Origin: Eledone cirrhosa
Lineage: Eukaryota
Assembly: GCA_964016885.1 (NCBI GenBank)
Contig: OZ024746.1
Span: forward strand, 28,148,001-28,212,000
Direction: 5' to 3'
DNA length: 64,000 nt
The notes under the pieces were generated by a model. The model saw only the letters and a list, made by a program, of their open reading frames with translations, ran no database searches and had not been told where the DNA came from. Of this stretch, positions 37,633-51,904 are shown in pieces. The position numbers and the translations under genes were made by a program. How positions within the stretch are numbered: the stretch's first letter is position 1; each line of letters opens with the position of its first letter.

Positions 37633-37675
<43 letters not shown>
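37118..37675. repeat. (TA)/(CA)/(TACA) compound microsatellite
   Basis: Seen directly. Confidence 0.95.
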
Positions 37676-37677
<2 letters not shown>

Positions 37678-38010
37678 GACTGCATTTAACTATTATTTGT
37701 TACCCCGTATATATATACATATATTTTGTGATTTATTATATATGTATATATATAGATACACCAAAACACAAAGCAGCAAAGAGCATAGCTACAGGTAACA
37801 GGTGTATGTTAAGAGAATTGTGTTTGTTGTTGATGGAATTCACCAAAATAATGTATGGATGGATCAATACAGGCAGGTAAAGAAAGATGTGTAACGACAG
37901 GTAAGGTAAGGTATTTAATACAACAGTTTCCGTTTGTATTCACATCTATATCAATTAGCATAGGTGTGGAGGAGGGACAGTAGACAGGTGTGTATGTGTG
38001 CATGTGAGTG

Positions 38011-38048
<38 letters not shown>

Positions 38049-38139
38049 CGTGCGTGTGTGTGTGAGTGTGTGTGAGTGTGTGTGTGTGTGTGTTTACGCG
38101 TGTGTGCGTGAATGCAGTCACTTTGCTTTGGCAGACTGG

Positions 38140-39410
38140 AAAATGGTGGAATGGTGAGAATGGTGGAATGGTGGAAAGTTGAGAATGGTTAGAATGGTGG
38201 AAAAGTGAAATGATGAGAATGGTGGATTGGTGAAATGGTTAGAACGGTGGAATAGTGAAATGATGAGAATGGTGGAATGGTGAAATGGTTAGAACGGTGG
38301 AATAGTGAAATGATGAGAATGGTGGAATGGTGAAATGGTTAGAACGGTGGAATAGTGAAATGGTTAGAATGGTAGATTAGTGAAATGGTTAGAATGGTGG
38401 AATAGTGAAATGGTTAGAACAGTGGAATAGTGAAATGGTTAGAATGGTGGAATAGTGAAATGGTGAGAATGGTGGAATAGTGAAATGGTTAGAACAGTGG
38501 AATAGTGAAATGGTTAGAATGGTGGAATAGTGAAATGGTGAGAATGGTGGAATAGTGAAATGGTTAGAATGGTGGAATAGTGAAATGGTGAGAATGGTGG
38601 AATAGTGAAATGGTTAGAATGGTGGAATAGTGAAATGGTGAGAATGGTGGAATAGTGAAATGGTTAGAATGGTGGAATAGTGAAATGGTGAGAATAGTGG
38701 AATAGTGAAATGGTTAGAATGGTGGAATAGTGAAATGGTGAGAATGGTGGAATAGTGAAATGGTTAGAATGGTGGAATAGTGAAATGGTGAGAATGGTGG
38801 AATAGTGAAATGGTTAGAATGGTGGAATAGTGAAATGGTGAGAATGGTGGAATAGTGAAATGGTTAGAATGGTGGAATAGTGAAATGGTGAGAATGGTGG
38901 AATAGTGAAATGGTGAGAATGGTGGAATAGTGAAATGGTTAGAACAGTGGAATAGTGAAATGGTTAGAATGGTGGAATAGTGAAATGGTTAAAATGGTGG
39001 AATAGTGAAATAGTTAGCATGGTGGAATAGTGAAATGGTGGAATAGTGAAATGGTTAGAATGGTGGAATAGTGAAATGATGAGAATGGTGGAATAGTGAA
39101 ATGGTCAGAATGGTGGAATAGTGATATGGTGAGAATGGTGGAATAGTGAAATGGTTAGAATGGTGGAATAGTGAAATGGTTAGAATGGTGGAATAGTGAA
39201 ATGGTGAGAATGGTGGAATAGTGAAATGGTTAGAATGGTGGAATAGTGAAATGGTTAAAATGGTGGAACAGTGAAATGGTTAGAATGGTGGAATAGTGAA
39301 ATGGTTAGAATGGTGGAATAGTGAAATGATGAGAATGGTGGAATAGTGAGATGTCAGAATGGTGGAATAGTGAAATGGTTAGAATGGTGGAATAGCGGGA
39401 AGTCAGAATG
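38140..39410. repeat. 25-bp minisatellite (GGTGGAATAGTGAAATGGTKAGAAT)n with a local 50-bp higher-order dimer
   Basis: About 50 units. GGTGAGAAT and GGTTAGAAT variants alternate from about 38520 to 38900. Confidence 0.97.
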
Positions 39411-39691
39411 GTCGTATATTAGAATGATGGTGTGTTAGAATGGAAGATTGAAGATATTCACAGTCATACTAGAAATAAGAAATAATTAGATTTCAACTGA
39501 CATATTTTAATGAATGTAAATGTATATGTACATAGAAAACTTGTATGTATGTATGAGTTAGTGTATGTATGTGTGAGTATATGTGTGTATGTATGTGTGT
39601 GTGTGTATGTGTGTGTGTGTGCGTGTGTGTATGTGTGTGTGTATGCATGTGTGTGTGTATGTATGTATGTATGTGTGTGTGTAAGTGCATA

Positions 39692-39736
<45 letters not shown>

Positions 39737-40446
39737 ATGTGCATATATATGTATCTGTGTTTATATATATGTGTGTGTGTGTGGTAACTAAGAGTGTGTG
39801 GCCTGTGGGAAATAATGATGTTAGGGAGACAAAAATGTGCACAGTGCAGGTGCATACATAAATGTACATGCATTGTCTCTGCTGAGTTCACTTGAGGCAA
39901 AGTTATGTAGCTAGTATGTCAGGTACTGTACTGCTTACACATTACATTTTTCTTGCACCTGACACAGCCAACAAAAATTCTGGGTTTCTTAATACACTGA
40001 TAACTGCAGATAAGATTTTGGTGCACAGATATGACTCAAAACATTCAATGTCACCAAGTGCTAAGTACAGAAGCTTAGGCATCACAGTGGAACCATCCAT
40101 TGTAAATGTGATTGGCGTTAAGAAGGGCATCTAGCCATAGAAACATACACAAATATATATGTGTGTGTATGTATGTATGTATGTGTGTATACAATGCTTC
40201 AGAGAATTAATCTAAATTTCCACAATTAGATCCATTTGATTCTTTAAAGACTGATTCATTCTTTGTTCGCAGAATTTCTTGAATGATCGACAAAAAGAAT
40301 ACAACAGTAACAAGAACAAGAACAACAATTGTAGCAATAAGTACAACAGAAATAACAAAACCAACTATAGAGAACACATAAGCAGAAACAGTTCAAATTT
40401 CCTTGTATAAGTATATACTATCTACATGTATGTATGTATATATATA

Positions 40447-40500
<54 letters not shown>

Positions 40501-41192
40501 TAAGAGCTCCTTTGCCCTTTGACAGGTTTTGTTTTTAGTCCTGCAGGATGTCCAAAGTCACCCTCCTCACCAAGATGACCCCTTAGCCTTTGTCAAGGCA
40601 GAATTCTAGGAGAAGGAAAACTCTGATATAACACCTGCAACCCTGATGGTATCCAATGATGTTGACTTGTTCTTCTTTTTGGTAAATATCATCTTGATTA
40701 AGAGAGTGGGACTGGCTTTGTGCAGTGCCTTTGCTCACTATAAAAGCTTCACGGCACAGGCATTGCTTTATATCTGGATATCTCTCTGCACTTGTCGTCA
40801 CATGGTACCATGGGCCCAGCACTATGTGTCAATAATTGTCACAAGTGTAGTGTTTGTACCAGAGTTTTCAAGTCACTGGCTGGACTAAAAAGTCACACTC
40901 GTTCAGCGCATCGGTAGGGGTTCTCCTACATGGATATAAAGTAGTGGCCGTACTCGAAAACGAGTTGGCAGCCACCATATATATATATATGGTTGTGGTT
41001 GGCATTAGGAAGGGCATCCAGCCATAGAAACCAACTTGCCTTAAATGGGGCAACCTGTCGAATCTATATTATCTACATGTATATATACTATCTACTTGTG
41101 TATATACTATCTACATATATATTTTCTATATGTATATACATTAAACATGCACTGAATTAAGGACCGTTATACATTATATAGATTTATTATAT

Positions 41193-41608
41193 TAATAATT
41201 GTTTCTACTTTTGGCACAAGGCCAGCAATTACCCAGTACATTACTGGTACTTTATTTTATCGACCCCGTAAGGATGAAAGACAAAGTTAACCTCGGCGGG
41301 ATTTGAACTCAGACTGTAAAGGGACGTAACTATGCTAGAAAGCATGGCGTCCAACCCCTACCGATACTGCCAATTCACTGCGCCGTAAACAGCGTAAATT
41401 TAGAGTAAACAGTCATCATATTAATAATTGTTTCTACTTTTGGCACAAGGCCAGCAATTACCCAGTGTATTACTGGTACTTTATTTTATCGACCCCGTAA
41501 GGATGAAAGGCAAAGTTAACCTCGGCGGGATTTGAACTCAGAATGGCAAGGGACGTAACTATGCGTCAAAGCATGGCGTACGGCCCTCTACCGATACTGC
41601 CAATCCAC
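41193..41608 (-). mobile_element. Two adjacent full-length Meta-type SINEs (41193-41380 and 41421-41608)
   Basis: Reverse complements of the family consensus. Confidence 0.92.
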
Positions 41609-42068
41609 GACTGTTTACTCTAAATTTGTTGACCTTAACATATCCAAAGAATAAAATGAGATGAAAGATAATAGAAGTATTTACAAGTTGTTAGTTTACA
41701 GTAAATAAGTTTACAGTAAATAAGTTTCCTATTACAAATATGGAACCAATATATGTATGCACATGCATGTGGCAGTGTATGCACATATATGTGTGTGTGT
41801 GTGTGTATGTACCAGCTAGTGCAACTGTCATCTCAATACAAATCATATAAAACCTGCAGTGAGAGTTCTTTATGTTCCTCTTAAACTGCAGCATAAAGGC
41901 TCCAGAATGCACCAGTGGCACGCATCATATGTAGAATAAGGTATCAGTTAGTGCTAGCAAGAGAATCTTACTACATAGACCTGCCAGAACATAGATGCTG
42001 TCCAAGCCATTCCGGCATGGAATGTCTTGGACATAAAGAGATGATGTATGATAGCAAGGAAAAGAAAG

Positions 42069-42099
<31 letters not shown>

Positions 42100-43441
42100 A
42101 ATGTATAGCAGCATGGAAAGCAGACAAAGTGATGATGATGATGATGATGATGATGAATGGCAACATGGAAAGCTGACATAAAGAGATTATTATGATGGAG
42201 ATAATGTACTTAGTGCTACAACTTCTTAGAAGCATGTCTTGCCTACATCAGTATATATCTCTTATGGTTTCTTTCTTAAGCCTTAACATCCCGATCCATA
42301 TGAAACCACATTAGCAAAACCTTCTAGAGAAGTATAAACAGCATTATGTCTGCATCAGATTAAAATTTAAAGTCTTTAGTTTACTAAAGATTTTCACAAA
42401 CTATCTGTCCATCAGTAAAGATGCTATAAACAATTAAATTAACAAACCACATGAAACCACATAAATGCTGTATTCATAAAGCATATAAAACAGTATTATG
42501 ATTGCTTCAGATCAAAAGTTGAAGTCTTGCTTTACTTCAAATGTTCACAACTATCTCTCCACCAGTAAAGATACTATAAACCTTCGAATTAACAAACCTA
42601 TTTTCTCAATAATTATAAGATGTTGATAGTTAATATTGTATAGTATGTTAACTATCTCTGATCTCTCCCTTCCCCTCTCTCTCTGTCTCTCTCTCTGTCT
42701 TTCTCATCTCTGTCTCTCCCTTTTCCAGTCTCTCTTGGCCTCACTCTCTATCCCATCTCTCTCATTTCTCTCTCAGTCCCTATTTTCCTGTCTCTTACAA
42801 CCCCCCCCCCCGCCTATATGTCTCTCTTCCTCGCCCTATATCTACTGTAGTTGTACTCTAGCTGCCTCTCTCTCTCAGGTGTCTATAACACATATTAATT
42901 TCCCCCATCCTACACAATGGAATACTGATCCACATAAGTAAAATGCACTTTAGTCTTATTACTGTATATGACAACACAAACATACACATGACAGCACACA
43001 AACATACACACTTTAGTCTAACCTGACAGCACACACATACACATTAGTCTAACCAATGTATATGATAGCATACACACATATATACATGCACCTTTAGTCT
43101 TATCAATATATATAACAGCACACACACATACACACCTTAGTCTAAGCACTGTATGTGGCAGCACACACACATACACATGTACACAGACACTTTATCTAAT
43201 CCCTACATGGCTGTACACACACACACACACACACACACACACTTTAGTCTATTCACTGTATGTGGCAGCATACACACACACACGTGGACAGAAATCCAGC
43301 AGGCGATTCTGTCCAGTTTTATTGTTTGAGCTATGCCATCATAGAGAAGTGGACATTAAACAATGATGATGATGATGATGATATGTTATATACAACATAT
43401 ATGTTATGTAGTATTCACAGATTGGGTAACAGGGATGAAAA

Positions 43442-43474
<33 letters not shown>

Positions 43475-43479
<5 letters not shown>

Positions 43480-43720
43480 ATATTAAATAAATGGAAACTA
43501 TATTTATAAAACCATATTTATTTTATTATATATATTTCAAGGGTAACCAAGACAATATTGGTATGCTTTGTATTTTATCTGATGAAAGCGTACCAATATT
43601 GTCTTGGTTACCCTTGAAATATATATAATAAAATAAATATGGTTTTATAAATATAGATTCCATTTATTTAATATCATTGAATATTTACTCCAGTTATCTG
43701 TTGAGTGCTCTAAATCAGTT
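43475..43720. mobile_element. Fold-back element family A copy (arms 43475-43569 and 43585-43679) next to (TA)n
   Basis: Inverted arms of about 95 bp, followed by the 3' extension TTTACTCCAGTTATCTGTTGAGTGCTC. Confidence 0.9.
43571..43635 (+). ncRNA. Minimal type I hammerhead ribozyme (intact core)
   Basis: TATTTTAT-CTGATGA-AAGCGTACCAA(TATTGTC)TTGGTTACCCTT-GAAA-TATATA-TA^-ATAAAATA. Confidence 0.85.
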
Positions 43721-43751
43721 AGAGAGACAGAGAGGTGGGGGGGGGGGGAGA

Positions 43752-43782
<31 letters not shown>

Positions 43783-44740
43783 AGACAGGGGAAGAGATAT
43801 ATATATAGAGAGAAGACAGGGGAAGAGAGAAATAGATAGAGAGAGATAGTGTGAGGAAGTATATCCCATTTCGTTGAAGCTGACATAACAATACAAGTAG
43901 TTGATATAACACCATTTCACAATTAATCATCGATTATTTGGCAGCTCCAAGCACCCGCCACCACTACCACCACCCCAGGCTATTTGAAATGGCATCAATC
44001 TTACTTGGTGGTATTACGTAATATTATAAAACAGCAAGGACTGCAACAAATAGGATAAACTCTTATTTAGAGAAAAACGGAGAAAAACAAATCAAATCCC
44101 CCCTACACACATAAAAACACCCGGTATACATATTATATACATATATAATATTACTACACATGTTTATGTGGCAAGCCCTCTAACAGACTGTAATATGAGG
44201 CAATGACATTGGATATATAAAGGCAGGAGAAATATGTATGAGATTTAGTTAATACAATTCAGTATTGATGTGAATAAAGATAGGTGAAAACAAAAGCAAT
44301 AGGATGGGCAATATGTTAAAGTTTACTGAAAAAATAAAAAAATAGTGGTTTGGGTTAGATTATAAGGCAACATTCATGTAATATGATATAAACTATGGGA
44401 TATAAGTACATATAAACATGTATATGCATGCATGGTCCGATAACTCCTGAGGAAGTTTTAGGGGCACTGTATTGACACACAGAAATTTTAGAGCATTTTT
44501 TAAAAAGCTTGGCAGGGCCCATCTCTTCTCCTGGCCTGAATAGAGTGGATTGCTTCCAGACAAGAATAAAGAGTGAGAGAATGAAAGTGAGAAAGAGATA
44601 TTGAGAAAGAATTGACCCCTGTACTAGACTGGTATTTTTGTTTTTATCGACCTCGGCAGGATTTGAACTCAGACAGAAGAGAGCCAAAACGAATACTGCA
44701 AAGTATTCTATCCAATGTGCCAGCAACTGCCAATTCACTG

Positions 44741-44808
<68 letters not shown>

Positions 44809-44932
44809 CACACACACACACATACACATGTGTGTGTGGTGATAGTAAGGAGTTCGAGCAGTAGAAAACCTGCCAAAGAAAGTGTTAGAAGTCTTCAACT
44901 GTGTCAAAGATATAACTACACACATAGGCACA

Positions 44933-45258
44933 TGGAGGCACATGGCTTAGTGGTTAGAGCATTGGCTTTGCAATCGAAAGGTTGTAAGTTCAATTCTCAG
45001 ACCGGGTGATGTGATGTTTCCTTGAGCAAGACACTTTATTTCACGTTGCTCCAGTTTACTCAGCTGTAGAAATGAGATTATAGGGACTGGGATCCTATCA
45101 TTCGTGGAGGTGCCACGGCAAAAAAGCACCCAGCACTCACTGTAAATGAGGTTGGTGTTAGGAAGGGCATCCAGCTGTAGAAATCAAGCCAGAATCAGTT
45201 CCCGTCCCACCCTTGCAAGCAGGGAAAAGTGGACGTAAAATGAAATGATGATGATGAT
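44933..45258 (+). mobile_element. Full-length CORE-type SINE
   Basis: Matches 30345-30678 with a small internal deletion. Confidence 0.92.
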
Positions 45259-46407
45259 ATACACACACATGTTCTCTATAATGACGGTTAACTTTTTATT
45301 GAATATATAGCTAACTTTTCCAGCTCCTACATATAAACTATACTTGTGTCTACATAAACACTTCACCATACACACACAGAGTTTAGAAGATTCAGTGTGA
45401 TTTACTTTCCTTAATCAGTAAAGGTCTGGTGTGTGATGTTATATGTGAGTTCATGAACTGAGTTTGCTGTTTGATTCAATTTGTGGTGAAGAGCTTTGCT
45501 TTGTTCTACATGTGTTCGTAATCAGGTTTAGGAAATTGATGGTCTTACATATATATTAATATGACCATATATACACACACATATATATATATGAAAACAC
45601 AAATACACACATCATTATATATATATATATATATATATACATACATACACACATTCACATACAATAAAACATATAGAAACAGACATATACACAACCACTA
45701 AAATACATACATACATGTACACCCATTGCACCAGGAAAGATGAAATTGTGAAGGAAGGTATACAAGAGGACACCATTACCAGAAACTCTTTCATTATTAT
45801 ATTGCTGATGAAAGAAAATTATGAAGGAAGGTATACAATAAGAGGACACCATTACCACAAACTCTTTCATTAGTTTATTTCTGATGAAAGACAATTCCAA
45901 TTAATCAAGAACTTGGAGAGATTTAGTAATATAACTTTCTCATTATTTAGGTGGTATTCGGAACATAACTTAACAGGGGTTGCTACATAACATTATGTAA
46001 GGTTTTTAGATAAATATAAACACTAACACTTTCATTACCTCATTTCGCATGAAAGACACTGCCTATAATTTTCAATTAATCATGAATTTGAAAGGATTTT
46101 GTAATATAGATTTCTTATTGTCAAGCTGTTGCTTGGAACATAACTTAGAGGATTTTACATAAAATTATGACAGAAGGGCTTTAGATAAATATAAGCACTT
46201 TAAAATAAACAGCTTTTAATATTAGAAATAAAGGGTGTGGAAGGTGGTCAACCACAAGGACAAAATACAAGGGCGTTTTTGGCCTCTATAGAAACAACCC
46301 TTTTTTGCAGTTTGGAGTTGTGGACGTTTAATGCTGTTCACTGCAAGAGACTCAATGGTAACAAATATACACCACTGATAAATATACTTTAATCATCATC
46401 ATCCTCA

Positions 46408-46741
46408 ACATCATCATCATTTTACGTCTGTTTTTTCCTGCTTGCAAGGGTGGGACGGGAACTGATTCTGGCATGATTTCTACAGCTGGATGCCCTTCCT
46501 AACACCAACCTCATTTATAGTGAGTGCTGGGTGCTTTTTTGCCGTGGCACCACCACGACCACTTTGCAGTGGAATGATATGGATCCCAGTCCCTATTATC
46601 TCATTTCTACAGCTGAGTAAACTGGAGCAATGTGAAATAAAGTTTTGCTCAAGGAAACAACACATCACCCGGTCTGAGAAATGAACTCACAACCTTTCGA
46701 TTGCAAGGCCAATGCTCTAACCCCTAAGCCATGTGCCTCCA
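46408..46741 (-). mobile_element. Full-length CORE-type SINE
   Basis: Reverse complement of the 30345-30678 family. Confidence 0.92.
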
Positions 46742-47756
46742 TTAATGTGATTACATTTTCCCAAAAACATTCCATCATAATTTTATGTAAGAACCTTTGT
46801 TAAGTTATCTTCCAAACAACAGCTTTATAATGAGAAAGTTCATTATATTATTAAATTCCTTCATTTTCAACATTAACTGAGACCCTTAGAAATATGGTAA
46901 CAAAAGGGTTAGAATGTTTATATTTATCTAAAAATCCTCCATTATAATATGTCATAAGAACATTTGTGAAGTTCTATTCCAAATACCAAATTAATAATGA
47001 GAAAGTTAGTTATATTATTAAATCCCTCTAAATTCTTCATTATTTTCAAAATAAATTGAAAATCATAAGCAGTGTCTCATTAGAAATATGGTAAGAAAAG
47101 GGTGAAATAAATACATCTTTGGTATATTCACATTAAGCACTTATTGAACTGTACACCCTGTTGTCAAAGGTGACAATACAAACAACAATGCCTGTGGAAT
47201 CGGAAAATCGAAAACAATGAACCAAAACAATAATGTCTTTGAAATACCATTGTACTGCTGTTAATTAGAAACATTGTAATAGAAGAGAGACAGAGAGAGG
47301 AGACAGAAAGGAGAGAAGCATAAAAGCACGTTTCTAAAGACCAAGAAAAAGACGAATACATTTAGAGACAAGAAAAGCTGGGGTAGAAAGAGACATCCCC
47401 ATGTGATGAATGGAGGAGGGAGGAGAAAACAAAAAAAAAATATCAACACAACACAATCATAGCAGAATAAGGTGGGTGGGGTGGGGGGACAACAACAACA
47501 ACAACAACAACAACACACATGGAAATAAAAACAGAAGAAGTGAGGAGATGAAGAGAAAAGATTTTGGTAAAGTCATGGGAAACAATCGAAGTAATACCAA
47601 ATACAAGAACACCAGAGAGGAATTGATAAAAAAAATCACATTAACATCATCATCAACAACAGCAATAACAAGAATAACAGCAACAACAACAATAAGTAGA
47701 ACAATAACGACAATAATAACAAAAGACATGACGAAGAAGAAAAGATAGGTCCTAAC

Positions 47757-47791
47757 CTTCTCCATATAACATGGAAATTAAGAATACAATC
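47757..47791 (-). CDS. 35-nt exon probably containing the start codon (ATG at 47765-47763, MEK, exit phase 0)
   Basis: attattttttcttttctag|GATTGTATTCTTAATTTCCATGTTATATGGAGAAG|gttagg. There is an in-frame TAA upstream of the ATG, and the phase-0 exit joins the only open frame of the 28505 exon. Confidence 0.55.
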
Positions 47792-47875
47792 CTAGAAAAG
47801 AAAAAATAATTTATGACTGTACATAAGACATACAGGAGAAGATGACAACATATAGAAAACACTGTAACATGTATT

Positions 47876-47879
<4 letters not shown>

Positions 47880-47936
<57 letters not shown>

Positions 47937-48901
47937 TATATATATATATATTATATATATTATATATATATATATACATATATATTATATATACATTATA
48001 TATATATACATATATATATATACATTATATATATACACTATATATATACATTATATATATATACATTTTATATACATTATATATACATTATATATACATT
48101 ATATATATATATACACTATATATATACAGTGTATATATATATATTATATATATATTATATATACACATTATATATATATATATTATATATACACATATAT
48201 ATATATATTATATATACACATTATATATATAGATATTATATATACACATTATATATATATATATTATATATACACATTATATATATATTATATATATATT
48301 ATATATACACATTATATATATATATTATATATATTATATATACACATTATATATATATATTATATATATTATATACATATATTATATATACACATTATAT
48401 ATATATATTATATATACACTATATATTATATATACACTATATATACACATTATATATATATATTATATATACACTATATATTATATATACACTATATATA
48501 CACATTATATATATATATTATATATATATATTATATATACACATATATATATATTATATATATATATTATATATACACATTATATATATATATTATATAC
48601 ACACTATATATACAGATTATATATATATTATATATATATATATTATATATATATATATTATATATATTATATATATATAATATATATATATTATATATAT
48701 ATATATTATATATTATATATATATATTATATATATAACATATATTATATATATTTATATTATATATATATATTATATATATATATATTATATATATATAT
48801 ATTATATAATATATATATATAGAGTATATATATATTATATATATATTATATATATATATGATATATATATATATATATTATATATATATTATATATATAT
48901 T

Positions 48902-48935
<34 letters not shown>
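47880..48935. repeat. Interrupted (TA)n tract of about 1 kb
   Basis: Seen directly; source of the YIYI ORFs. Confidence 0.97.
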
Positions 48936-48943
<8 letters not shown>

Positions 48944-49292
48944 AGACATACAGAAGATCACAACATATGGATAACACTGTAACATGTATGTGTATGTGTA
49001 TATATATGTGTGTGTGTATATAAGACATATAGAAGATCACAACATATGGATAACTGTAACATGTATGTATATGTATATATATGAGTATATATATATATAT
49101 GTGTGTGTTTATAGCATAAGAAATCATAACGATGATACTCAATAATAGTTAGATATAAAGCCAGCAATTTGTGGGCAAGGGAAAGTCAATTAAATCAACC
49201 CCATTATATAACTGGTTATTTATTGACCCTGAAACAATGCAAAGCAAAGTTTAGTACTGAAGGTATTTGAACACGGAATGTAAAGACCCCAA

Positions 49293-49505
49293 CTAACCCT
49301 TTTGATATCAGCCTGACAAAAACTGGCTCTGCTTCTCTAAAACCAAACCACCTATTTTAAAGTGTTCCTATTTAAATTAAAATCTTCCAACATAATTTCA
49401 GATAAGAACCCTACATTAAGTCATATGTTAGTCATAAAATAAATAATATTTTTAGTAAATACATCAAAATGTATTTCATTGGAAATATGCTCAAGAAAGG
49501 GTTAA
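49293..49505. mobile_element. piggyBac-like MITE remnant (TAACCCTTT...AAAGGGTTAA)
   Basis: Termini CTAACCCTTTTGAT and AAGAAAGGGTTAA. Related degenerate pieces lie at about 10970-11226 and 45900-47105. Confidence 0.55.
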
Positions 49506-49819
49506 ATGCCACAAAGCATTTTGTCTAGTGTTCTAGTAATTCTTCCCATCCAATAATAATAGTTTTGTTTTATTGGCCACAAAAAGCCAAGACAATTCAA
49601 GGACAGACAATACAATGACAAAATATAGCACAACGAAGGAAGCAAAGGTATATCGGTTGAAAAGGAAAGTAATAACAAAATAATGAAACCATCTCCAATG
49701 TAGGACCAATCAAAAGACAGCAAAGTAGGTGCAATCAAAGAACCCTCCAATATATTGTAGAAGATCCTGAATAGCAATGGTAAGGGTCCTCTCCCAGCTG
49801 TCATTCTCTAGGATTATAG

Positions 49820-50040
49820 AAATATCTTGAGGAATGTGTTCATTATTTTCACCCACCTCACAGAAAGTTTACTGAAGAGCATAATCTCACCCTTTACCCT
49901 TACCTTTCTCTCAAAATGGAACTTGAATAAAATGGCAGGCTTGACCACAGAAGTAGCTGTCTGTCTTCAGCACTTTCAGTCATATCCACCACAACCATAA
50001 CCCAAAGAGAAAGAAAAACTTCCAGCCCTTCCTTCCTTTC
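49820..50040 (-). mobile_element. Second remnant of the Tx1/L1-like ORF2 C-terminus
   Basis: LWWI*LKVLKTDSYFCGQ...FKFHFERKVRVK...RWVKI, homologous to the 17105-17260 segment. Confidence 0.55.
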
Positions 50041-50164
50041 AAACTTCAAAATGTGAGTGGGTCAATAGTCCCAAATGAACTCAGATAATAACACTGTCTA
50101 ACCAACATACAATGACTAATAACACAATCTCCATAAACACTAAATGAATCCAGAAGGAATCTGA

Positions 50165-50682
50165 GAAAAAAGCAGGAGTGAGAAACGGTATGAGCACCAG
50201 TTGAAAACGAATGATATAAGATCTTGAGGGATATGAGCATCTGGTGCAACCATCTTACTGTGGCTAGAAAACCTGACATTGTTGTTGTAGAAAAGAAGAA
50301 TAACAAGGCAACTATTGTGAATATTGCTTCATTGTGGAACCACAGGGTGAAGAGGAAAAAGTTGAAAAATATCAGGAGCTGAAGAGGGAACTCAGGAAAC
50401 TATGAATAATCAGACATGTAGAAGCGGTACCGATTGTGGTTGATAAACTGGGAGCAGTTAGTAAAAGGTTGGATGCAAGGCTTGAGAAGCTAGGAATCAC
50501 CACCAGGATGGGATTGTTACAGAAAACAGCCTAGCTAGGAACAGTAAGGATTCTATTGAAGGTTTTAGAAAGTTGAAGAAGGAATGACCCAAAGGACCCT
50601 TGGCCGTGGCTCCCTCCTTTGGTATTGTGTCCCTATAACATGTCAGAGCAAAATCCTTACAAATGTAATTATTAATAATAAT
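50165..50682 (+). mobile_element. R4/Dong-clade retrotransposon 3' end (restriction-like endonuclease domain, 3' UTR, TAA-rich tail)
   Basis: KILRDMSI.CNH...ARKPDIVVVEKK...IVNIA...EEEKVEKYQELKRELRKL...VPIVV..LG...LLQKTA*LGTVRILLKVLES*. Ends TAATTATTAATAATAAT. Confidence 0.85.
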
Positions 50683-50704
50683 GAGAACCCCGCAAAAGTA
50701 GATG

Positions 50705-51122
50705 TACTCTTGGGTCCCAAATAATGAGGGGGGGGGGGTAAGCGGATGGAAGGAGGAGGGGCTGGAATAAGTGGAGGCTTGGAAAATCGGTAATTTTTGT
50801 AGGTTGACTCCATTGATTTTTTTAAAAACCAGATATAGTTATTTAGTTTACACATTGTGACCCCAACTCATCTTATTTATTTTATAACGTATGAAATTTC
50901 TAATAATGTACTATTTTGTCGTGTATAATGTTTTTTAATGTATAAAAAAAATTAATTGTCGCAGGAATGCTACTACTTAAAATAAAATTTCGCCGCAAAT
51001 GGATTAGAAAATTTTAATAAGCGGGGAGGAGGAGGCTGGAATAAGTGCAGTGGGGTTAGAAAAGGTTTAAAAAAATTAGTAAGCGGGCTGAGTGAGGGGT
51101 GATTATTCGAGACCCAAGAGTA
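50705..51122. mobile_element. MITE with TA target site (Tc1/mariner-pogo type)
   Basis: TIRs TACTCTTGGGTCCCAAATAA and TTATTCGAGACCCAAGAGTA, with internal GGAGGAGG.GCTGGAATAAGTG repeats. Confidence 0.82.
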
Positions 51123-51434
51123 GTCAACTATTAGTGTTTTCAATAAGCAGACTAATAGTACATTATCAACAAACACAGGAGAAAACTAATAAAACAATAG
51201 ACAGTTATGATAACATTAAAAGATTATGATAACATTAAACATTGGCTAACAACAATGTTTATGTAGATTCTGGCAACAAACCAATAGTCAGAGATTAGAT
51301 GGGTTAGAGAAACACGTCTTGCGTACATGTTCCAATTTTGGTATAGTTTTTACAGAGGTATGTCCCACCTAATGCCAACCATTTTGCAGAATGCGGGAAC
51401 GAATACTACAAATAATTCTATTCGACGTTCAAAC

Positions 51435-51493
<59 letters not shown>

Positions 51494-51904
51494 AATATAT
51501 ATATATACACACGCATGTGTATGTATATATATATATATAGATAGATAGATATAATATCGGTGTTGTGTGCGACTGGAATGATCTAGAATGATCTTCTATG
51601 CATAATTAGTTTTTAATAAAAGTATTATTTACCAATTCTTCAACGAATAATATTAAGAATAACTAATTCCTACAATGGCCTAATTCCTGTGATGTAACAT
51701 AAATATCAAACATAGTTGATAGAGGAGATATTTAGCAAACAAGCTTTTATTCCAAACTAAGGACTCGGTTACTTTGTAGTTTTAGGTAAATAGGAAATCC
51801 CCTATATCAAAGTGACAGCCTCCTCGTTTAATCTTCAGCTGCAGGAAATATCAGCTGATTTTATCACAAATTATATAACTTTAACCTTGTCTTTAAAGTG
51901 AAAC

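Noticed and set aside
41855-41886. Possible minus-strand micro-exon FKRNIKNSHCR
   Set aside because: Weak donor (GTTTTA), and its phase-2 exit does not fit the 28505 exon.
47842-48822. Long YI/CV/HT-rich ORFs here and throughout the track
   Set aside because: Translations of (TA)n, (CA)n and (TG)n microsatellites.
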